A DNA stretch of 63,931 nt, filler included, from Phoronis australis (lineage: Eukaryota > Animalia > Phoronida), in the NCBI GenBank assembly GCA_002633005.1. It is 5 parts of 5 records of this genome, joined end to end, with 100 filler letters (N's around TTAATTAATTAA, not from the genome) between each part and the next. Parts side by side here need not be neighbours in the genome. Positions count along the whole stretch, not along the records: positions 1 to 25,197 come from NMRA01000248.1; 4 more parts are not named here. One strand, 5' to 3'. This document shows, piece by piece, positions 1-12,800 of the stretch. Made by a program: the position numbers and the translations under genes. Under the pieces are notes generated by a model, which saw nothing but the letters and a program-made list of their open reading frames with translations, ran no database searches and was not told the DNA's origin. Position 1 is the stretch's first letter, and each line of letters begins with the position of its first letter.

Positions 1-317
1 GGCTCCCCTCTAAATCCGCCACTGTGTTCTGTCCAGTTAACTGAAATTGAGCTCTTAAACGATGTTATGCTTTAGACGAAAGAATTTAGTGTTTTAATTT
101 CAAAAATTCAACTTGGTCGGCCGAGATTGATATTTGAAAAATATAACACATGAAATAGACGTAATTATTAAAACCAAGAAAGTAGAATTGATGGTCATAT
201 AATTTTTATTTTCAATTGCGAGCCTAGTTTTTTATCGTAATCAAAATATATATTTAATGACATCAAGTATTATTTCAGATCAATGACAAATCAACTGTTA
301 GTCCCGGTAGTGCTTAC

Positions 318-468
318 CTCACCAGGACCTAGGCTATGCTTGAAGCTAACAGGCCTACTCTTGATCAACAAATTAAACCAGATGAGACTAATTGCACATG
401 ACAGCAAAATGCTATGAGCCACCACTGTCGAACATATCTTCAACTCGTCAACAATACGACCAGATGAC
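318..468 (-). other. Possible exon of an unidentified gene
   Basis: Open frame SSGRIVDELKICSTVVAHSILLSCAISLIWFNLLIKSRPVSFKHSLGPGE, bounded by ccag and a strong GAG|gtaagc donor; no family recognised. Confidence 0.25.
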
Positions 469-2181
469 CTGGTTCGTGTAGAAAGCATTTTTATTAAGAA
501 TTTATTAGAAGAAACGTAACCCTGCATTCAACAGTAACACTACGATCGCCGCAATTTGGTCATGTTTACTTTTCATGTTTCGAACCTAGTTTTCCCGAAA
601 AAAACCTATATCTTTTCGTCAGACAACTCTTTGGTGCATTGACGTGTTCTTTAACTGTATTTTTCTACGTATCTGTGGTTAAATATTGACACATTTTTTA
701 AGATTTAATATTCAGGTTGGACTCCAAAGACCGGCCATTTAATCACGCAATGTAAATTTCCGCTTTGTTTATAGCAGTGAGCCTCGCTTTGGATTTTTAA
801 TGTCCGCCTCGTGAATAGAGTCTATAGGTGGCTACGGGTATAGAATGTATGGTGGGGTTTAGGGAACATCAACCTCGGGAAACATCGGAACAGGAAAAAT
901 ATCACTTCTGGTTTATATCCGTCGTGGGAATATCGTAAAGCATCGGGACTTTTGTAACTGCCGGGAACCTATGAGTTCATTTTCAAATAAGGCACTGGCA
1001 CCCAGGTGCTTAACACAGCCAAGCCGGTACACTCTTTCATTGACTGTCGCTGTTCTGTTTTGATGTGCAGCTTTGAAGTCTTGCGCACGCGTGAGTTCAC
1101 GCACATGAATCGCTGGAGTAGGCCTACACTTTACGTTGGCAAAAACGTGTGAAAGCAAATCATATTTCGCGCACATAGCCCCAGAAACAAGTAAAGGGGT
1201 TTGAGATTTTTTTGGCAACTGAAAGTAAAGATATGGCCGTCGTTTGGCGATTAATAGAGCTGCTATTTTCACTTTGGCTGTCTTATGCTATAAAAACGAG
1301 AGGCACATCTCTGAGTCCCGATTGTCTGCCGGGACCACTTGCGCGCTAACAAAGAGACCGACCAGTGCCGCAGTGCGATATCAGGGACATTGTCGTGGGT
1401 ATTTGGTACATCAGTGTAATAAGGACAACTTAAGCGAAAAATAAACATATTTGTCCACCGCAAAGTTTGGTAAGTTGATCGCTTAAGAATTAGTAGAAAC
1501 ACCGCTTTTTGTGACGTTTTACCACGTGTTATGCAGTGGCCCGAAACTTTCTTCGCCAAATCCGAAAATTTGCAAAAGTGTTCGAAAATGTTAGCCAATG
1601 AAACGCGTCAAAGATCGATTATGCATATCCCATGATCGCGCGACTTGGTTACAAGTCATCGGGGAGGGTTGTTCTCGGTTAATGTTCTTTTGAACTTGGA
1701 TTTGGCAACAACCAAACAACGGTCGGATTAATAAGAGTTGCTTTATATTTGCAAGGTGCAGTATGTGCCGAGAAGTGTAAAAGCTCAGCTCGCAATTGTT
1801 GGAAATTCCAGGTCGCATTTTGCGACATGATATGAGCTGACAAAAATCTCAGCTCGCATTACCGAATTTCAGGTCGCAAATGCGACCTGCCGCTCGTTAT
1901 ATCGAGCCCTGGTATACATGAATCTAAAGCTAATGTACCTGTAAAAGTGTTCTCATGGAGTGTAGGCTGGAGGCTGCTGGAAAAGCCAGCGCCACCTATA
2001 GGGGTACATAGTGAGCCCTCTAGTGGCAGTACCAATATTGTCTAGTTGTCAGTTGTGTACAGATCTAGTTTTACTTTTTTAAGTCCAGTACAAAACATGA
2101 ACGTTGATAACACTTTTTAAATGGACTGCTTGATATGGGTATCACCAGGACAGTAATGTGGTGCAACTGAACTAAGAGATC

Positions 2182-2226
2182 TCACGAAAACAATCTTAAG
2201 AACAATTCTTAAGATTGTTTTCGTGA
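2182..2226. repeat. Perfect 21-bp inverted repeat with 3-nt loop
   Basis: tcacgaaaacaatcttaagaa-caa-ttcttaagattgttttcgtga. Confidence 0.9.
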
Positions 2227-2649
2227 TTCACTAGGTTCAACTAATGGAAATCATAAGAAATTCACCACAATGTTGCAATATTAGGAAATGGTTATTTCGC
2301 TCTGGAATGTTTCTGTGAACACTGTGTCATCCTGTTAAGAGCATGTGTGAATATATTCCAGGGGACAGTTCAGCCTCACCTCAAGAAAGTAAACAAATCA
2401 CTAAGAGTACATGACCAACGCTGGAGCAGATCCATTTGAAATAATTAAAACTCAAGTTAGAATAATAAACACACAACAATTTCATGTCACATCACATATT
2501 TAATACAACACAGGAATGCGACTTTGAATAGCTCAATACCATGCTGAAATGCTGTGTTGTTTGTTTTTAATATTCCTGTAATGGCTGACTTCTTTATGCG
2601 AAGCCTGTGGCTGTTTTGTAAACTATAGTTCGAAGTTACACGAACTCTG

Positions 2650-2745
2650 TCTATTCGTTGTAGTGTGGTCTGATCTATTCGTTGTGGTCTGATCTTTGAC
2701 ATATTCGTTGCTGTCTGGTCTCATGTATTCGTTGTGGTCTGGTCC
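2650..2745. repeat. Degenerate ~20-25-bp tandem repeat
   Basis: Four tattcgttg(tggtctgatc)-like units. Confidence 0.7.
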
Positions 2746-3844
2746 ATTTCTCTCATAGAGTTTGGCCATTTAAAAAATGTTTGTTATCACGTCTCGTTAT
2801 GAAACTTGTAGCGACGAGCCAAAATTGCACTGATTGTTAAGCTGCCGGTTGCTAATTCTTGAGTAACTACTATTGTGATAGATCGTAATATGAGGATATG
2901 CACTTACGCTACTGATAATTGCGTAACATTACTATTGTGACAGATTCTAAACGGAGTGTACATGTATGTGCTGAAACCACTTTCCAGTTAAATAATCATC
3001 AGGTCTTTGGATGGATTGGAATTAAGTGCTATCATTAATGCAATGGCACTCAACCGACTCTGTTACAATACTTCTTGTAAGATGTATAACGAGTAATATT
3101 AAAAAATGGCGTGAATTTGCATGGTCTCATTGTGTTAAAAGACGACCAGATTTCCGACCCAACTGCTAACGGCATTGGCCTCCGAGGTAACGACTCCTAA
3201 CAAACCGTTTTATTTTTGGTCGGAGTCAGCTAGATGGCAGGTCGCTGAATCCTTGACGACCACGAAAAAGGTTTGTATTGCACGTGAAAAAAGCAGCAAA
3301 ACGCCAATGGTGAATCAAACATGTATCACACATAAAAAACTAGAAAGCAATAGCTGACATATGATCGACTTCTAATCAGCAATAACTTGGAAAATTTGGC
3401 CTAAGTGTCAAACGACTGAATGAACTGGCGAGTCATAGTGTGTTGTGCTGTGCCTGAAAAGACAAAATACGTAGCATGAAAACCTAGCGTATACGTAGTC
3501 TAGGAACTTTTCGCTCGCAAGGTGGCACTCTGGCTCACGTTTCAATCAAAATACGATATCCTGATTCCAAAAGTAACCAAACTAGCTAGAGCTTGAAAAT
3601 TTAGGCTCCTCCAATTGTTTCAAGCGAGGAAAAATGAATATAACATCCCCGAAATCTCTCTAAGGTGACACACCAAATACGAGCTAAGCACCTCTGAGGC
3701 CACTCGGGTAGAAAGCCAATTATACATGTTGTCATAAAAGAAAATTACGGATAAAGGAGCCGAAAACAAGCACACATCAATTAAATTTTGCGGTAGTCGT
3801 TGAGCAACGAGCAATTACCACAATCACTTCTCGAAGAAACTTAC

Positions 3845-3976
3845 GAAGTTGGTAATAAGTTATTATCTGGTGGATCTTATGTTTTTCGCGGTCCGGAATA
3901 CGCCCTGTTCAGCTATGATCTCAAACATATTGGCTTGGCTAAAGTACAGACGTATCCACTACGAGTACAACAGGTT
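3845..3976 (-). pseudogene. PTP relic exon (P-loop RSG and VFRT region)
   Basis: tttcag|A ACC TGT TGT ACT CGT AGT GGA TAC GTC TGT = TCCTRSGYVC; after a frameshift ANMFEIIAEQGVFRTAKNIRSTR**LITNF|gtaagt. Confidence 0.75.
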
Positions 3977-4450
3977 CTGAAATGGATCATTTAGTGTAGA
4001 ATTGACAGGAACAATAAATTAAAGTGCGAAGTTGCGCAAATCCCATTGCAGTGGAAAAAGTGAATTCCATTCCGATGGGAAAAATCGCCACAAATCGCGA
4101 CATGCAACACAGGGATTCAGCAGAGGGTGAAACAACTACGCCACCTGCTGTTTAATCCGTGGTAATGGCAGAAACTCCGAGGCGCTGTCGATAAACATTA
4201 GTGTAGAGTTAAACCGAGTCGCGATGGATCTGTGATAGTTTCGCAAACGGTAAAGTGACAAAAGAGATATTAGCACAATAGCGGTACTTAATTTGTCTTC
4301 CCCCAGTCAAACACCTGATGGGTTTAAAGCACGTACTAATCATACTACTTAACCAGTTGGCCAGGCTGAAGGGTAAAGTCAATCAAGTGCTGCCATTTCT
4401 ACATTCAACACGAGTTGTTTGTGAACATAAAACTTGCTATATTTACTTAC

Positions 4451-4604
4451 AAACGTTGCATTACAGCTGCGTTCTTCCCAGTTGGTTACTGCGCCAGTTC
4501 CACAATTCGATAAGGGCACTTTGTAACTTCGATTGTGGCATATCAAGTTTGTTTGACCAGTTCCTGACTTGGAAGTGTTCGATTTCCCGACACTTGCTGT
4601 TCGG
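4451..4604 (-). pseudogene. PTP relic exon (WPD-loop region to VHC-equivalent)
   Basis: PNSKCREIEHFQVRNWSNKLDMPQS..LIEL / AVTNWEE / AVMQRL across frameshifts; acceptor appears mutated (ttttccaa); donor gtaagt, phase 2. Confidence 0.72.
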
Positions 4605-4859
4605 TTGGAAAAACAACTCAAAATGTGACTCCCGTTTTACTGTTCAGTAAGAAAGCCTATGCATACTGAATCACCACAAACACGAGATCTGGTGTCTATG
4701 GTGATCTAGTGGTCAAAGTACATCAACAGTGCGTAATGTTTATGAACAGTGTCGTTGACACAAAAAAGCAGAAATGCTGAACCATACGACAAACGTCTTA
4801 AATCTACTGAGCTGCAGATTGATCACGAAGAAACAATGTAACAAAACTAATACACTTAC

Positions 4860-4991
4860 CCTCATCGTGTCAGTCAAAAGATCTCGCTGCTTGATAACGT
4901 CGCCATGGTGATACCTTGACCCAACACATTGCACTTCATAGCGTACACAGTGCACAGGTCCTTCATCAGGCCGATATTGAGAGCAATAAAA
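4860..4991 (-). pseudogene. PTP relic exon (QYWP motif mutated to QYRP)
   Basis: cacag|FYCSQYRPDEGPVHCVRYEVQCVGSRYHHGDVIKQRDLLTDTMR|gtaagt. Confidence 0.72.
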
Positions 4992-7668
4992 CTGTGAGTT
5001 ACCAGTAATAATATATCATACTGTCCAGAGGCTCGGAGTTTATTAAGAGTGAGATGACGTATATAGTAAGTAAGGCTATGGAGAACTAAACTATGGAAAT
5101 TGACTTTGTGAAAGCAAATATTTTCTGACAGTGGAAAGCATGTAATCTGCCGATAGGAGTAGGCGTTTGTACGCTATTCTTCGCCCATGTGCTTTATATT
5201 GTTTTGATTTATCTGACGTTAAAAAGTCATGGGACGCGAAAGCTCGTCAAGATTATCTTTTAAACAGTTCCTGACGAAAGTATCATCTCGCAACGTCTAT
5301 TAGAGAGTAATTCGAATTGCCCTGTGAGGAACTTTTCAGAGAAAACCCACAAAATTCCCATTTTTAGAAATACCCATGGAAGAAAAGGTCCCACTTAAAA
5401 TAAAGGCGCACATGCGTTCACTTTCATTTGCATGAAATCGCTGTAGGTCCAAGGTCACATTTTCCACAATAAGGAGAGGTACTTTACCTTGTGGGAGATA
5501 AATTGATGAAGTGGCGAGTAGTTGACAGATCGTTTGTTTTCAAACTTAAAACTAAGAGAAAATGCTTTGATGTCAACAAAAATTACAGCTCTTTACGAAC
5601 AAACCCCCAAAATACCCGGTGAGGAGGTTGATTTCTGTTTCAGTGACAGAGAACAACATTCAATATTGCAATTTCGTCTGTTTATCGTGTTCCAGGCCTC
5701 TTTGAAGTTTGTGCTCTCGATTCTCTGCAAAATACGCCGTAAGCAGATTTTGTTATTACTAACACGTGTCTAGTATATCGAAATATTGTCCACTAGATTA
5801 GGGTGTCGGTTATTTAATTTGTCTAGTATGTCGTAACATGGTTCCCTAGATTAGATTGTAGGTCGTTGCCCTACTTTCTGAAAAGTTGTTTAAAATCCCC
5901 TCTATTGTTTTGGGATCGTCCTCGTCGGTTTTCGTCTGTTTTGTTGCTCTCGTACTGCCTTGAGGTGTAGTTGTATCACGTCAAAGAACCGAAGTTTTTT
6001 GAATGTCGCGCGGTCGTGAATTTTCCGATACTTACTTGTAGATTTCAGGTCAGTTGTGCATGTAGTAGGCTTTTCCGCTTTTGTAGCTTTTACTATGCAA
6101 AATTCACTTTAGTAGGCACATTTGGTGTTGTAACTTTATTTCCTGGCAAATCTTGCAGAATTTTATTTTTCATTGAGTAAATATGTCATGAATAGGAACA
6201 CGTGACCATGAGTTGTTATGAAAATTTAGTATAAAAGAAATATTCGATCAAAACTCAATTGATATAAATGATCAAATTAAAACCTCACAAACGTTTTGTG
6301 ACAGATTTTCAAAATATCAGCTCTTTTCATTGATGCAACTTTAAGATTTCTTCATAAAACCACTAAAAAGTACTGTTTTTATGGCACCTCGTGCAAATGT
6401 GAATCGTTTTAAAAGGAATTTCTAGAATGGTGTTAGTGCATCAAACAAAGTACGTGGACATTTCATATGTTTCCGATCAGCCATGTCCGAGACTTCTTTT
6501 TTGAACGAAGACAAATTTGAACATTTTTCTTGTTTCCTGCATGTACATAATCTAATACTTGAATTCACACGAGGGGCGCTGTACTGAGGAGTGGCCAAAA
6601 AGTGTGTTATCAGTAGCAGACTACACAGATTAAGTAATTAGTTTCTGTTTTTCCAAGAAGATGCATTTGCAATTTTTGAACTTGCAGGAGAACTACTCGA
6701 AAACGGAATCAAAAAACGAATCTGTACAGATAACCAGACAGCAATTAAAGCTTTAAAAACAATCTTGTGAAATAACGTATTGTTGAACAATGTATTACCA
6801 ACCAAAATACATTAAGTGAATATAACGATATCGCTATTGCCTTGACATGCCACCTGTCGGTTTTGCCTTTTGTTTCTCAGGAATAAGGGTTGGTCATTAA
6901 AAACGATCCCAATCAGAGACAACAATAAAAGTTACGGATATCCGTTTGTTACGTCATTGGACAACACTAAAGTGACAATAGCGAGCGGTAAGTGCCGTGC
7001 GCTAGAAACGCCAAAAATTGAAAAATTCACAGTTGATATCCCGCTGACTGCAAAAAAACTACGGCTGATACTCCAAAATTTTCAGGTTCTGCATGCTTCC
7101 AACGGAAAATTAGAAAATTTCGGAGTCTCAATTGTCAGTTTTTAGTAATCGACGGGCAGTTAACGATGAAATTTCAGTTGGGCTCCACGAGTCTCACAGA
7201 ATAGCCGTGGATTCAATTTTAAGAGATAGAGTGACATCTACGGCAATAACGGAACGTAACAGAGGCGTATATAAAGATCCAGAATTAATACATTTAGTTG
7301 TATTTCAGAGAATTAAAAACCAACAGCAAGCTTAACCATGAACGTAATCAACTCAAGATTGCACAGAATAAATACAATCTGTACCATGTCAGATTTCAAC
7401 TCTACATACTTGCATGAAGGACAAAGTAAATAATAAAAATAAAGATATATAGCCAAATTAACATCAAAAATGCAATAAATCTTGCTGTATCAAATTGAAG
7501 AAATTAAACGTTACACATTTGTTCGGCTCACCAAACGATTCTCTATGGGAAGTTATGCTGTAGAAACAGTTCTACAGCAATAACAATTGAAACTGCTCGG
7601 TCCTATTTTGGCCCTGACCTTTTTGACGCGAGAATGGCTTAGCAGGTTTAAGGTTTAGCTTCACTCAC

Positions 7669-7719
7669 GTTCACGAAGACTGCATTGATATAGCCACCTC
7701 TTCCTTAAACGATGGTGGT
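7669..7719 (-). pseudogene. PTP relic exon with YINAVFVN motif
   Basis: tctttag|AC CAC CAT CGT TTA ... GGC TAT ATC AAT GCA GTC TTC GTG AAC|gtgagt; matches the PTP DYINA motif of D2 type (YINAVFVD); internal frameshift/deletion. Confidence 0.75.
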
Positions 7720-8229
7720 CTAAAGAATATCATTGAGTGTTTGTAGAATCCCCGATCACGCCGTTTGTTGATGAGGAGACCCTTGTCAATATCAGAACAT
7801 TCAGATGTATCCAAATCAAGGTGTAAATGTACAGTTTACAAACGCTATCACGTTTCGTTACCAAGGAACCATTTCAAGTTGGTGATGCCCTAGAATGTCC
7901 TCTTGACTTTCCGTAATTTGGCACATTTCGAGAACAAGGAAAGTGGCTGTTGAATTACATTGTAGCACAAGCGAAATACAAATCATCATGTACATTGTGC
8001 TCAGCTCTCTGGTGATGTCTCTACTACTAAAAGATCTGCGTCACATTGGGTGTAAAATTGCGCACAAAAGAAAGGTTTTCTTTTTTGGCCAAAATGTCGC
8101 CGCTAAAGATGATATCAGTACCAACAACTTAATCCAAAGTTCGAAAATTGGAGTTGATGATTTACCTCCACAACACTCAGAACCAGCAGTAATGTGAATT
8201 TAGTCGACCCGTGATTGTAATCTTCTATA

Positions 8230-8383
8230 CCGTGGCGGAATAAGAGGGGGACAAGGGGGCCATGCCCCCCTAAAATTCTCCTAAATTACATTTTGCTGTT
8301 CGGGGGTGCGAACGTCTGACAGGAAAAGTCCTGGCTGATGCTCTGCCCTGGCTACCCTAACTCACAATCCTGAATCCACCCCT
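8230..8383. mobile_element. G/C-tract MITE, deleted copy
   Basis: Reverse-complement similarity to both ends of 39593-39855. Confidence 0.65.
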
Positions 8384-9683
8384 TCTACATTCTGTCAACT
8401 GATTGAGACGCCTTAGTTTTTGGTCACGGAATGAGAAGGAGAGAAAAGTCATCAAAAACAATGTATGGAACTTTTGATATACTGGCAACTCTGAGACGAC
8501 CAGGTGTGTAAACAGGTGGGTACTCAAGACACGGCTCAAGTTTTAAGATGTGGTGAAGTAAACATAACTGTACACTGTCAGTTTTCAGGTACTTAGGAGC
8601 AACCATTGATTTTCCCTCTCACTAAAATATCAAATCCGTTTCACGCGTGACGCAACGCATTGCAACTTGTCATATACAAGCCAAATGAAATTTCGTGGTA
8701 TTCACCATGTTCTTAGTGGTGAGTAAAAGAACATTTTATCAAAACCATAAAAGCCTGTGTTTTCCATACTAAATAGAAACAAATTATCTATAATGAGGCA
8801 TATGATAAAAAAGAAACAAATGAAACGGTTGCATCTAAAACGTGTTTTTCACACTTAGTCACCGTTTGCCAGTGATACAGCACACACGATGCAAGTTAAG
8901 AAAACATTAACACTGATTACCAATGACATCAGAGAGTGGCGCATCTGAACGGAGAGTATGACTAAGGCTCTTTGTGAATTGCCAGGGCAGCTGAATTCAA
9001 TAGTTGTCTCACCGCGGGGAAAATCTCACCAAAACCGTATGCTTTCAATAAAATATCCTGCTTTACGTCGCACAATTTCGAGAGAGCACTCGTGTTATTG
9101 AACTCGACCCTGGTGTTGGTACATTGTATACTGTCTACTATCGAACAAAATAATAGGCAAAGTGACACTGTAAGGTGATAAAACAACGGTGGATTTAAAA
9201 CGGGTTGACATGTTTCTGTGTTTATCAAAACACCATCACCATAAGCAAAAACAGTGGCCACCTATGTACCATTTCTTGTTGTTGGGCATAGCACTTGGTC
9301 ACTGTTTTCACTTCTGAAGATGATGTTTTAACAAACGCCAAATCATGCCAGGGCTTTTTGAATCCATCGTTGTTTTACTCAATATATACTGCTACTTGCT
9401 ATTATGGAGATAAACTGTACATGTAAGTGATTTCAATTACAGGTGACGGAATTCGTATAGGCTTAAATTGCCCTACGTGGTTAAGTCTCATTTTATGAAA
9501 AGAACTTAGAATGCATAAAAAATACTTAAGAAAAAAACAAACAATTATAAAGCATTTATAATTCACCAAAACACATGTAAATTGTCTAATTTCTCAACAT
9601 TAGCTGCGAGTACCCAATAAATAGATGTTCCGAGTTCAAGGCTCTGACGAGGCAATAAGCAATATTACATTGTGTTATCAAGT

Positions 9684-9855
9684 TCAGCAGTCGTCTTTCC
9701 CTGTATCGATGTTTTCGTACATGAAATCGTCACCACCCTTCACAGAGATAAACGTCTTCCTCAGAGTCAACATATCTTCCAACATGGGCACGAGGACATT
9801 AAATGATGGTCGTTTGTGAGGCTCCTCTCTCCAGCACATTGTCATCAACTCGTAT
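9684..9855 (-). CDS. RTK terminal exon: kinase subdomain XI and C-tail
   Basis: [56 protein letters not shown]. Confidence 0.94.
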
Positions 9856-12800
9856 CTGAAGAAAGGAATTTTAAGCAAATTTTACATACACAGTAAACTT
9901 CAACGAAACTGTATTTGTTCGCCACCGCTTTTCACCAGATATAGAAAACCCCTTGTAGGATCTTAGTCGTTCAAAGTCATTGAAAAAATCAAACAATGTT
10001 TCGGAGGCGGAAATGGGTTAGATTGAGTCGCAGAATTCCCGAATTCCAAAAATAGCACGAATTTTTTCACTACTCAATTTCGAAGGAGCGACTGAGTGGC
10101 AGTTTTGAATTAGAGCTGACATGCTGCAAGCGTAGGTTGGGCCAACCCAACAAGGAAACGTGATGCAACGAAGCTGAAGTACGGTAATTAGTTAGCGCGC
10201 AGTTTGAACGCCTATAATTATAATCAAATGGAATAGAAAAGCGGTCACAGATGCCCGATGTAATAACCACTAGAAATCACCTGTAGGCATATAGTGACAC
10301 GATAACACGACATATAAAGGTATCCACCAAACACTATCGAATTTGTCAAATCAAGTCACACATTTGCCATTATTTCTTGGACATTGCTCATATTAGTTCG
10401 CATATTCATACACTCGCGTCTGACAATTTACGATCTTTGTTCACGGAGTACCATCGAAATGTACAAAAATGCAAACCACGTTGTGCAAACTATCTAATTA
10501 GAAAACATCTTTGTTACGTTATGTTTGCTTGGAAAATGGCAACTTCGGATATTTCTGTACAGCAAGCAAAAATGACCGGATACTTAGATATTATCAACAC
10601 AATTTCTCAGTAGCAGCAAACATTTTGCACATTTGTTTGCATTTTGTAAAATCAGTGATAATCACGGAAAATACCCCCAAGTTCAAGAATGGGGGAATAC
10701 ATACATGTAGTTGACGAAGAATTCAAAGAAAAAAGCCATTCGTAAATGTGTTTAGTGTACAATTTGTCTTTTGTCGAGAAGATGCTTTGATTCCAAATAT
10801 GAATGCTTTTATAAATTGTATTATATTATGCAGCATAGAACTACGGCTCCTAATTAGTAAATGGTTTTTGGAAAAACAGCATTTCGGTCACCGGCGGAGA
10901 TGCACATGTTCAGTACTCACCCATCTCGAATTTAATTTTACAAGAAGCAAGTGTAAAATGTACGAATGTACATAGTTACATCTTTAACATTGCAATTTCA
11001 TCGTGCTTTGGAGTATTTCAAAATTTGGTAATACTAGATGCCTGGTTTGTGTCATTGCTAGACTGTCCTTTTTCTGTGGGGCGGAAATAAGGTGAATGAT
11101 GGTCTGCAATTTATATGTAAAAATGTCGTATCTCGAGAAAACACGTAGAGAGAAGAGACACGAGATGCTCTCATTGTATACTGGCTTTAAACAGTTTCAG
11201 TATGAAATACCCAACGTGTACTTACACGTCCTCACTGCAGTTACAAGGCTGTGGCATCCTGTAGCCAGACTGGAGCATAGTTTGCAGGTGACTGCTGGAT
11301 ACCCCACTGTAGGGCGTCCCTCCTGAAAGACGCACGTGCAAGATTTGATTGATGCAACAAGTTACGCTACGGATCGTTTTATGATTCCTCTTACGCATGC
11401 CCAGGAAATTGAATTACTAGATAGTACCAGTTCTTGCAACATAGCCGTCTGTTTCCCACAGTACTTCTGTTTCACTCAATCCAGTATTCTTTGTAAGAAC
11501 AATAAGAGAACAAGCAAAATGCTGCTTTATAAAGCCTGATTACAGTTTTGAACTCGATCCTAGACATGAACATTTACTGTACAGGGCATTAAGCCTATTC
11601 ATCACGTAGAAGAGAGGGGAGTATTTAAATCTTTTTCAGCTAACCACTGAAGTTTTTGCCCATATTTGACTACATGTAACTAGATTATTTAATGTTTCAA
11701 AATACGGAAGATGTTGAAAACTTACCCAGTGTCACAATCTCCCACATCAGAATTCCAAAAGACCACCTGGAAATTCACCCGACAAAATAAAAGCAATCAA
11801 TTATTTCGAATTTTCCAACGGTAAACAAATGGGAATCCTAAGTAGCGGGAAGTTACTCATTGTTTTTAATTCCTTATCGGTGGCACATGACAAGAAATCA
11901 GCCTAACAAATTATGAAACGGGGTTCTCCAAATATCGAAAATATAACGAGCCCGATTAATACCACATCACACCAGAAACAACAAAAGTAACAAGGTCGCA
12001 CAAAGTTAGCCTATGCTTCCAAAATATCGTTCACATGAATCGAACTCTTCATTTTGATAATGAGCACCTGTTGGTGTCAGTGCTTTGTTAAACCAGTGTT
12101 CACCTGAGTCTACGTATCTGCGTGTTCTGGTCGTGCTTTACGTCACGAAAAAATACAGCCTGAAACACAAAATGAGCAAAAAGCTCCAAAATCAAACTAT
12201 CACCAACAAGGTTAATAATGAAGGATGGGAGCAGGTAGACTTTGAAAAAAATCTTTCAGGAACAACCTCTTCGATTATCGCAGGGTATTTGGTGAGTTGG
12301 CCTCGTGGAAAAGACAAAACAACCAATTTCCGAGCACCAACTCCAGTGTCGTTTAGCAATCGGTGAGATGGTCTTGTCGCTTCCACCTCGCAAATCTGTA
12401 ACAATCCATTTCCGAGCACCAACTCTGCTGTGAGTTCGTCTGGGTAAAGGCAAACAGCTGTTGGTGATATCACTGCATGCATTCTGAACACGCTAAATGC
12501 CCCTGGAGAATTTGGTCCTATTTGAATAGGTAAGCACCTATTTGGTCATATTTGAATACGTAAGCACCTATTTGGTCATATTTGAATACGTAAGCACCTA
12601 TTTGGTCATTTTTGAATAGGTAAGCACCTATTTGGTCATATTTGAATAGGTAAGAGCCTATTGCCTCTGGTGCAAAGTAATGGGAACAAGACCCTGGCAT
12701 AGATTTTACGGTATCAAATGCACTATTATCGTAGAAAACACAGATCAGTTCAACAGTCATAGCGAAGTAGAAACAACATACACGTCACTTTTAGTAGAAT

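Larger units (their letters stand above)
3640..9380 (-). pseudogene. Decayed receptor protein tyrosine phosphatase D1 (C-terminal half)-D2 exon series
   Basis: Colinear relic exons with residual splice sites: ~9262-9380 PWHDLAFV...EMVH(S); ~8965-9130 ...GFGEIFPAVRQL; ~8450-8575 QLCLLHHILKLEPCL; 7862-7946; 7669-7719 DHHRL/GGYINAVFVN; ~5020-5212 NAY..ITCFPL..VNFHSLV; 4860-4991 CSQYRPDEG..YEVQ; 4451-4604 REIEHFQVRNWSNKLDMP..LIEL..AVTNW..VMQRL; 3845-3976 TRSGYVCTL/ANMFE..GVFRTAKNIRSTR**; ~3640-3730 YNWL..VASEVLSSY. Frameshifts and stops are present. Confidence 0.72.

Noticed and set aside
12511-12662. CRISPR-like 30-bp repeats / repeat-peptide ORF 12518-12760
   Set aside because: No spacers, no cas genes, eukaryotic intron; a simple minisatellite.
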